Shown here: in pieces, positions 55,073-64,000 of the stretch
Layout of the letters: every line of letters starts with the position of its first letter
How positions within the stretch are numbered: the stretch's first letter is position 1
Source of the DNA: Octopus vulgaris
Taxonomy: Eukaryota
NCBI GenBank assembly: GCA_951406725.2
Contig: OX597821.1
Span: forward strand, 97,960,001 to 98,024,000
Length of the DNA stretch: 64,000 bases
Direction of reading: 5' to 3'
Made by a program: the position numbers and the translations under genes
The notes under the pieces: generated by a model
Told to the model about the DNA's origin: nothing
Databases searched by the model: none
What the model saw: only the letters and a program-made list of their open reading frames with translations

Positions 55073-55512
55073 GTTTCTAATTTAGGCACAAGGCCAGCAA
55101 TTGTGAAGGGAAGGGGCTAGTCGATACCATCAACCCCAGTATTTCACTGGTACTTTATTTTATCAACTCCAAAAAGATGAAAGGTAAAGTTGACCTGGGC
55201 AGGAACTGAACTCAGAATGGAAAGAGCTAGCACAAATACTGCAGGACATTTTTCTGCGGCTCTAACTATTTTTCCAATCCACTATGCAATATATAACCAT
55301 TTCTAATATAGGCACAAGGCCCTAGATTTGGGAGAGGCTGAGTCAATTAAACCAACTGCAATATTTGACTGATAGTTTATTCTATTGAGCCTGGAGGGAT
55401 AAAAGGCAAAGCTGACCTTGGCAGGATATGAACTCAGAATGTAAGAGAGCCAGAACAAATAACACAAGGCATTTTACTCCAGCACAAACCATTCTGCCAA
55501 TTCACCACCCTT
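55073..55512 (-). mobile_element. Two tandem old family B-related SINEs
   Basis: Two TTTCTAAT.TAGGCACAAGGCC...GAACTCAGAATG units. Confidence 0.8.
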
Positions 55513-56383
55513 ATAATAATAAATTTAACTAACGAAAGACTTCTGACAAAAAATTCATATTTGATGAACAAGGGAAGAGGAAGTGGGGCAAATTGGATCA
55601 GCAGGACAAAGTCTGTTGGGCACAACAATTTGAAATAAAATAAAAATGAAATAAAAGCAAAGCAAAAAATTTACAGATAACGTGTTTGAAAATGCATCTT
55701 TTTTTTAAATGAAAAATAGTCATATCAATATAATAAAAGTCAGGAATTTCCAAGGATGAAAAATTAAAGGGGTACGGTGGAGCAGAAGGACAAAAAAAAA
55801 AATTGTCCCTACCACAGATTTGATTTTTTTTTTTTTCTTACATGCTTATCTACATTAGATTAGCAGATTGCATATTAATGAAGAGATTAAGAGCAAAGAA
55901 CCAACCTGGATACCGGAGAGTGTAGACAAATAGATAAATATATGAATAGGTAGGTAAGTATGTAGAGAGATATACAGACACAGTCAGATAGATAAACAGA
56001 CTGATAGATGGGTAGATAGGCAAGTAGGTAGGTATAGAAAGACAGATAGGCAGGCAGCAAAGGTCACAGTGAACACTGTGACCTAAGACTGGCACTGAAA
56101 TGAGATTTATAACTTGTTTGGATTGGCCTGTAGCTCAGTTGTTTCATAAAATTAATTGACAAGGACAGAGGGATAGAACGATGGTCCAATGAACAGCTTG
56201 CTTTTTCGCTTTATTTTTGCATATTGAATGAATACTTTCCCTGATTCTGGGAATATATTCTCCAAAAGTACGGCACTAAAGAAATAATGGATCATTTGTT
56301 TTTGTAAATCATCGTTCGGCAGTGATACCTTCATAACAAGAATTTGTGTATAACCATGGATAATTCATACCAGCTTCTCACTT

Positions 56384-56437
56384 TCATTGACTGTTTAAAT
56401 ACTGTTGTATAACTTTGTAACAAAAATCATACTGCTC
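56384..56437 (-). CDS. Receptor-type protein tyrosine phosphatase, terminal coding exon (EQYDFCYKVIQQYLNSQ*)
   Basis: Acceptor TTTTTTTTTCTTCCCTAAAG. Phase 0, in frame with the upstream exon ending ...FIEDV. EQYxFCY is the PTP Q-loop motif. TGA stop. Not in the ORF track. Confidence 0.92.
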   Translation of the reverse strand, partial: EQYDFCYKVIQQYLNSQ

Positions 56438-56520
56438 CTTTAGGGAAGAAAAAAAAAGATAAAAAGAAAATTAGATGAATTCTATAAACAATAATGAAAG
56501 AATTTATATATATATATATT

Positions 56521-56730
56521 ACACGATAGTTAATCCAAACAAGAAAGCACAAAAAAACACAACAACATGAGGACGTGGAACAAATATAGTATTATTGGAC
56601 ACTCAGGAAAGAAGGAGGGTTTAACGTTTCGAGCGGAGCTCTTCATCGGAAACATAGGAGAAGGAAAGATCCAGAGAAGGGAAGACAGAGGAAAAAAAAA
56701 TCGCCAACGGTACACACGAGGTCACATACA
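56521..56730 (-). mobile_element. Probable Penelope pseudo-LTR fragment with a minimal hammerhead motif (56619-56653)
   Basis: Minus strand GTTT-CCGATGA-A-GAGC(TCC)GCTC-GAAAC-GTT-AAAC; abuts (TA)n. Confidence 0.6.
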
Positions 56731-57384
56731 CGATACATTAGTATGGTCAGTTTAATAGAATTGGCAGGCTACACTAATGATGATCCATGTCAAAAATAAT
56801 AAGTATACTGGAATAAGTCTTTGTCAGTGACATTAGGAACTAAAGTTTTTAAACATATGTATTTTTAAAAAAGTCAGAAAGAGTATGCATGTTAGTGTGT
56901 TATGAAATAAAGTAAAGACTGTCTTGGCCAGGAATCTCTAATGCAGACTCTCGCGTAATATTACTCACAACTATCTTATGGCACAACACCTAACCTTTTT
57001 TGTTTATATATATATTTCCACTTCAATTCATGCTAGTACAGGTAATCAGTAACATTATATCAACCATGTATTTACACACGGATTATGCGTAACCAAGAAT
57101 TCAATTAGTACTTCATTGTATGAACCCTTAGAAAGATGCAAGATCAATTTGATCAATATACATTTTGAACTGTGAATGAAAAGGGACACGACTGCAAGAC
57201 ATTTTGTTCAATGCAGCACCACTTGCACTACTTTAAAAATACACAGACCACATGTCAAGAAAATAGTACTGTACTAAGTAACGAAAGTGCTTCCATGTAA
57301 ATCTTTAGTCACAAAACAATTTTTCAGCTTCAGAATGAGATGATGTTAGTCATTAAATCTTCATAATTATGTATTAGAGCAACA

Positions 57385-57610
57385 TTATCATCATTTAATG
57401 TTCCTTTTTCGATGCTGACATGGGTTGGACGATTTAATATGCGTATATAAACCAAAGGGTTGTATCAAGCTCCAATGTCTGCTTTGATATGGCTTCTGTA
57501 GTTAGATACCTTTCCTAACACTAACCACTTCAGAGAGTGTACAGAGTGTTTTTCTTTTTTCATGACACCAGCACTGGTGAGGTCACCAAGTACCCACAAG
57601 ACCCCTCGAC
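57385..57610 (-). mobile_element. Old RTE-type 3' tail fragment
   Basis: ATCATCATTTAATGTTCC...CATGGGTTGGACG...CCTTTCCTAACACTAACCAC. Confidence 0.65.
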
Positions 57611-57757
57611 TGAGTGGGGTATGTATATATCATATTGAAGGATACGAAAGTAAGACAGAGGGACATGAGTAGGTGTCAAGCTGAAGCAGTGAATACATGG
57701 TTTACCCATGTGGAAAGAAGAGAGAGCTACGAGGGATATATATATATATATATATAT

Positions 57758-59158
57758 GTTTCTTTATTAGCTACACAGGGCTGCACACAGACGGGACAGA
57801 TTACAAAATAGAGCTTTTCTTTTTTGGGGAGAGAAAAAAAAAAGTGGGGTAGGTTTTCGATCAAAAGGGATCGTAAAAGGGAAAGAAGAAAACAAAAAAC
57901 AAAGAAACGATCAATAGGGATCGTTTATCACAGTGTCATGATGTAAAGTGTAAAGGGGGAAGCAGATAAGGTTTATCCATGGAAAGAAAAGACTACGGAA
58001 AAGACCATGGTAACCTCGGTCAATAATGTTACATGTTACCACATTTGTTTGCAAGTAGGTAACCCTGTTTTAGATTTTCCAGGTTCATAGGATTATGTTC
58101 AAAGTGGCTTCATCATTCATACGTGCCATCCTTGCTACATTCACCCATCTTTTTTTTAAACATTTGCTAGACAAAACTTGCCTCTCTACTCTCACTTTCC
58201 TTTTCAAGTGATACTTGAAGAAGTTGATGAGAGATTGACCAGAGAGGTAAGTGTTTGTCTCCAATCCTTTCAGACGCGTCCACCAGATACATTCTTTCGC
58301 TATAGCCACAAGGATGATGAAAATAGCTCTTCCTTCCCGTTTGAAGATAGGAGGCATGACAATATTGACGATAGACTCAGCTGATAAACTGACTCATCTC
58401 ACACGGGTCAGCAGTCATTCGACATAAGCCTACAGGTCAGAAATTGTTGATACTGCACGAGTGCATGCAGAATAGTTTTGTCGCTCTGACCGCCTCTTGG
58501 GCAGGTCGGCCCCGTGTTTCTCGACCCATGTCTGTAGAGCTTATCCCGAACGGGTAGATCTTATCCCGAATGGGTAGCACTTCCTGATAGCACTGCCAGG
58601 CCAAGGATCTCTGGAAGTTGTCCATGGGCCCTGGCCCGAAAGTCGTCCTGAATAGGAGGGTCAGGTATTCCTCGTTGACGTCCAGGTTCACCCCGAGCTC
58701 GTTGTCGTACCTCCCCTCCACTAATCCCCTATAGAATGCTTTGGTTGTGTTGAAGTCACCCATGTCGACCCGGGACGGCATAGTTGCTTGAGAGCAATGC
58801 GACACTCACGGTGCCATTCGCCCTTCCTCGGCCTCTTTTTGATCCACGACTGCAGTTCGGTCATGGAGACAAGTTGCAGGAAAGCGTGCCTCACAAACGG
58901 CGACCACACCTGTTCACCGTTGTCTACGTAGAGCTTGAGATGTCTCAGTCTCAGCGCGTGTCTGCGCATCATCAACCACGGCATGCCCAGTCCTCCTTTT
59001 AACGGGTGTTGACAGCAAATGGATCACCTGACCATCGGGACGCATCCTTTCCACAAGAAGCAAGAGAATGCGTTCTAGTTTGGTGATGGTAGGGTCGGGA
59101 CAAGGCACGACAGTCAGGTGGTAGTAGATGACGGACGCGATGTACGAGTTCACCACCT

Positions 59159-59160
<2 letters not shown>
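57758..59160 (-). mobile_element. Tx1/L1-clade LINE 3' portion inserted in (TA)n
   Basis: VNSYIASVIYYHL, GLGMPWL, AKECIWWTR...KRWV C-terminal motifs; 3' UTR ends AATAAAGAAAC; (TA)n on both sides. Confidence 0.8.
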
Positions 59161-59235
<75 letters not shown>

Positions 59236-60082
59236 AGGGAGACAGATGGTAGGGTGCTCAAAGGTTGTAAAGTTGAGAGGTATTTAACTACTGATACCAT
59301 ATATAGTCATCATTTCAAATGTTACCACTGCAGTCTTTGTGTCTCATTTCCCAAGGGCACATAACTGACCTCATTACTCCCTGCTTCCACAGCTGGGTTG
59401 CTTAGTGACAGGAAAGTGGAAAGCATCATCATCCAAAAGTAAAAACAATTGCTCCAATAAACCACCATGTTAGTCATGGATGGTAGGCCTAACCATCACC
59501 AACAGTTGTTGGTTGCCTTTAACAGGGTTAATTCTGTTGCAAGTATTGGGGCCAGATACTCCCCACCTATTTTTAGTTTGTAGACATTGATCTGCAGATG
59601 TTCAGGCTGGAAACTGGCCACATCAATATTACCAGCATTGGAAAACCTGAAAAAGTTATGGATACTACCCTTCGTCTTCTAAAATTATAGCATTGGATAT
59701 CATGAATATAAACTGAAAAATAGAAGTGTTAATTGTTATCTATTTTGGGGTTTTTGGTATTTATTATCAATAACATAAATATAGATGACACCTCTAACTT
59801 ACACAATTTTCATCATATTTTAGTATTACAATCAGGGAACAGAAATGTTTCTTTTTTCTTTACCCAAGGCCAAAATAGAATTAAAGAACAGCTTGGTTGC
59901 GAATTAACAGACATTATCAGATTTGTCTATATCATGTTTCTCGCAATTTGTGATAGTAATAACAAGTTCAATACAACTAGTCTCAGAAGTAGGTGTAGAA
60001 GTGCAGACTATGATAATAGTTTACTATATGTGCACAAGGTTACATGTTTACATAGGAGAAAAGGATGTGTTGCCAATTCAAT

Positions 60083-60415
60083 TCTACCCATGGACATATT
60101 TACAAAGTCAGAAAACAGCACAGCTTCCATGACTTTAGGAAACATTTTTCCACGCTAAGAGTTGCTGAAGCATGGAACAAACTGCCGGCATCAGTTGTTA
60201 GTTGCCAGAGCACTGCATCCTTCAAAACTTCCATGCTTTCTGAGATTCGCCAACACTACACCTGATTTTCTCCCCTCCATACACACACAAGCATGTATCT
60301 GTCTCGTACATTGTTCGCTTTCCAGACATTTGTACATTACTGCATGTACTTTATACACACTTTCTGACAAGTCGTGGTGCACCTGAGCACTGTATACAAT
60401 AATTTCATTATTACT
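60083..60415 (+). mobile_element. CR1-clade LINE 3' end, same family as 26675-27150
   Basis: HGHIYKVRKQH...RVAEAWNKLP and a near-identical 3' UTR. Confidence 0.88.
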
Positions 60416-61294
60416 ATTTTTATTTTTATCATTCCCAGAAAGAAGACAAGCGAAGTTAATCCTTGCAGGATTTGAACTCAGAATGTAGACATTCTCATTA
60501 TAGAGTTAAGTTAGGAAAACAAAGATAACAGCAAAAAACTAAACACTGCATGTTTTATCATTTGTTAATCCTTGCTTCTTTTATCACAATAAAGAAGGGT
60601 AGTGTATTTAATTGAATTGACTTCAGTACTTCATTGATAGATATTCTAACAACCCCTGAATGGATGAAAAGTGAATTCTGGTGGTAGCTGAACTCAGAAC
60701 ATTAGTATTATCAATTGAAGTGATGCCAGTATTTGACTGGTATTTCTTTTCTCAAGCTAGGAGAAATAAAATGTAAAACTGATACTGGCAGGAATTGAAC
60801 TCAGTACAGTACATGTAGCGTTTATTCGTTTGAAGCATATACTTTAAATTTAAGTTGTAGTGAAGAGATTGTGTTGTACAGTAATTTATGAAAATTGTAA
60901 CAATTTATGCAAGCGAGTTCTGTGTATATAATCACTCTACATGTCGATTTAACAATGCAATGAGTGTTCTAAATTACGCTAACATAATTAAAGCTTTAGA
61001 GAGAAGACCTTACGTATAAATACTAAATCTCATAACTTGTACATATTAAAGGTGGGATATGTGTGACTGAAACACTGTCAGCACCAAAACTTTTGGTGGG
61101 AGTCTTACAATGGAATGAATGATTTTTTATATAGACATAGAGTTAAAAAGTTTTGAGAAAGAGTGTTATAGATTAATACAGGCATTGGCCCTAAATGGAT
61201 GAAACGTAGTTACCTCTGGGGTAGCAATGGAACTCTTCCAGACCATAATAAAAACAAAAATGTTTGGAATCAAATGTAACATTAAAATACTTAC

Positions 61295-61430
61295 AACATC
61301 TTCAATGAATTGATATCTGTTTACACGAATTTGTTTCACAGTCTGGAAGACATCTACTTCCCTGTCTACTTTCATTCTCTCTATAACAGCACTGATTGCA
61401 CAAAACAGACCGCTGCGCCGTGCCCCATCC
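61295..61430 (-). CDS. Receptor-type protein tyrosine phosphatase, penultimate exon (probably membrane-distal D2 domain, PTPRK/M/T-like)
   Basis: Acceptor TTTTCTTTTTAG, donor GTAAGT. 136 bp, phase 2 to phase 0, the conserved PTP exon that starts within the HCx signature. Encodes DGARRSGLFCAISAVIERMKVDREVDVFQTVKQIRVNRYQFIEDV. Confidence 0.93.
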
Positions 61431-63434
61431 CTAAAAAGAAAACAACACACATGTAATGCTATTGGGAAGTGTGCTTGTGTACATATACAGGGTCAATGGC
61501 TGTAATAGTACATTCTCATTATAGAGTTAAGTTAGGGAAACAAACATAACAGCAAAAAACTAGCCTTCTTGCACTCCACATTATATCACTATGTAACAGG
61601 AGACACACATAATAATAATAATATCCCATTATATAATCAAACAATTGTCATATACAGATGCAAGGTGCAGTGCTATACACCCCACATACATATACCTGCT
61701 GTCACTTTGCTTAGCAGCAATTGTCATCATTGTTGATAATAATGAATGGTGAACATTATAAGAAAAAAATACAAAGATACATAAGTACTGGAAAAAATGT
61801 ATTTAAATGGAAATTTACTTAGATTAAGGATCTGGATGATATAAAGTTAAGAAATTTTTAACATTAGAAAACACAGTTATGTTGGTGGCATTTTTTTAAC
61901 CTTGTCACTATGCCTACAACAGAGCAACATACACCTTCATCACATCAGATACAACCTCAACTCCATTTCGACATTTGATCTTGCTATCAGACTTAGTTGT
62001 TCCTTCTTACACTAATACAAAACAGAAAATCAGCCCAGTTGCAGTCTTCTATATCTTGTAGTAGCCTGTTCATGTTAATATTCAGTTTCATTTCTCTATT
62101 CCAAATTCCAAAATGAAGAATGAGTCTTAAATATGTTCATAACGGAAGCACTTACAGTTTTCTTTAAGAAAGTATTTACCAAAAATCATCTAGAAACCTT
62201 GAGGCCTTGCTACCAATAGGTAAATTATTTGGCAAGGGTTCACAAAATGTGTACTAAGTGACTAAAACACATTTCAACATTTGTCTAACTTCAAGAGTTT
62301 CAAATTATTTTGGCCAATTAGCATCAATGTTCCTGGTAAAAGCTTTCTCAGTGGAAAGTGGAATAGAGAAAGCTGTACAAAAGTTATTCTATAACTTTTG
62401 TACAGCAATGCAGAAAGAACTGGCTAATGCAAATATGTCTCCACGTAATAAGTGTTCAGGATCATCAAGCAAAGGAGAGATTTGAACTTTGGTTGTTGTT
62501 CTGAAGGTGTCAAAATCATTCTGTAGCTTTTCACTCAGTATTTCTTTTCAACTAATTGCTTTAGTTTTTCTGTATTTTGTTGCTGTAGACAATATCTGGA
62601 AGGGATATCTGGCACAGAAAACCCAGGGATAAACAAATGAATGAAAATTCTGTTTTACAGTCAAGAAGTTTACAAGCCTTGCTAATTGTTCAGCATCATT
62701 GGTAGGAGATCTCAGATAATTTAGGCATAAAGATCTTGTGATCTTGATAGATTTCCTATTGATCTGAGATTCCACAAAATAGCAATATTTATGTGAATAG
62801 TCTTGAAGTTGAGATGCAGAACAGGTTCCAAATCTATCTGTTAAACATTTCTATGAAATCAACTGATCATTCCCACACACAAAACAGGTGAAGTGAAATC
62901 AAATTAAAATATTTATCTTTTATTTGTATTACAGTACGTCAATTGATATCTATGAAACATTCATTCTCTACTAAAAGCAAGTTTCATTTGGAAAGATATA
63001 AGAAGCCAATTGCAGGTTAAAGGTCATCAAAATATGTACCCAATATTATTTTGAGTGGATGAATGGATAAATAGACAGATATAGGAAGGAAGGAACTTGC
63101 AGGAGGAGAAAACTAAGAAAGGCAGAGTAAAAATTATAGAAACTGATCTCTGGAATGTGAACCCCACAAAGAGAATAAGAAAAGACCATAAGAAGCAATG
63201 AGATGCAATACATAACTGAGAAGATCCATTTAATTTGTCCAAATATATATAAAAAAAAAAGAGCATAAAATAATGATAGCTGTGGTGGTGATAAGGACAA
63301 TGATGTATGTAGGTGTTTATTCATTTTCCACTACCATTATATCTGAATAATCACCTTGAAGAACTTCAAAAATACAGAAATGAATGAATAAATTCTGTTA
63401 TGTGTATTGAATACAACACACACACACATGTATA

Positions 63435-63700
63435 TCATCATCATCATCATCATCATCGTTTGGTATCCAATTTCCATGCTAGCATAGGTTGGAAGAGTTG
63501 TTGCTGTTCTCCTATGAGTCAAAGGATTATATCTTGCTTTTAAGTTTCATTATTTGCCCACTCAAATTTAAGACCTTGTGCCTACATCAGAAAATATTTT
63601 TAGCTTGGTTTCTACAGCTAGATGCTGTTCTTAACAGCAACCACTTATTAGAGAGTACTGGGTGCATTTTTGTAGCACCAGCACTGGGGAGGGTGCTCTC
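63435..63700 (-). mobile_element. Old RTE-type 3' tail fragment
   Basis: (CAT)n, TTTCCATGCTAGCATAGGTTGGA, TTTCTACAGCTAGATGC...AACCAC. Confidence 0.7.
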
Positions 63701-64000
63701 AACCCACATTTAACAGGATGCACAGGGTGCATAACTATGTAAGGACAAGGATGCAGATGCTCTTTGTTAGTGTGAAGTATTAGATATCTCTCCATCATCT
63801 AGTACACGTCACTGGTACATTTCTTCATGGGCTTCCATAAGGCATCCCCTGCTGACCATATCAAAATCCTTCATGTCAACAAAACTGTGCTGATCAATAT
63901 GTTGCTGTTAACATCTTACCAGGAGTTGGTGTGCTTCAAAGATCATGGGGGGGGGGGAGGGGATGTGTCAAGATGAGACAATATCTCCTTAACATCCTGT

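Noticed and set aside
56152-56334. 60-aa minus-strand ORF as a PTP exon
   Set aside because: Lies downstream of the PTP stop codon in the presumed 3' UTR and has no PTP motif.
61166-61450. Full 94-aa ORF as the coding unit
   Set aside because: Only 61295-61430 is bounded by splice sites; the rest is intron read-through.

Overview
AT-rich, repeat-dense animal genomic DNA, not prokaryotic. The repeat complement (tRNA-derived SINEs with Nin-like and CORE-like cores, RTE LINEs with (GAT)n tails, many microsatellites) suggests a cephalopod such as Octopus; this is inference from pattern recognition. The only host gene I can support is the 3' end of a receptor-type protein tyrosine phosphatase on the minus strand: a 136-bp D2-domain exon (61295-61430) and a terminal coding exon missing from the ORF track (56384-56437, EQYDFCYKVIQQYLNSQ*). 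The rest is mostly decayed mobile DNA: RTE, CR1, Tx1/L1, R4/Dong and Penelope retroelements, mariner, Tc1 and maT-like DNA transposons, MITEs, a short Helitron, three SINE families, a ~78-bp satellite and low-complexity tracts. Most listed ORFs are spurious or are repeat fragments. Main points for follow-up: (1) a cluster of long, mutually unrelated imperfect fold-back hairpins in apparently non-TE sequence at ~44-54 kb; (2) three minimal hammerhead-ribozyme-like motifs, one in sense orientation in the last PTP intron; (3) a near-perfect 425-bp inverted duplication bracketed by a perfect 24-bp hairpin and 26-bp inverted repeats; (4) apparent target-site preference and self-targeting of the Nin-like SINE; (5) a head-to-head RTE pair. 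All alignments were done by eye, so repeat boundaries are approximate.
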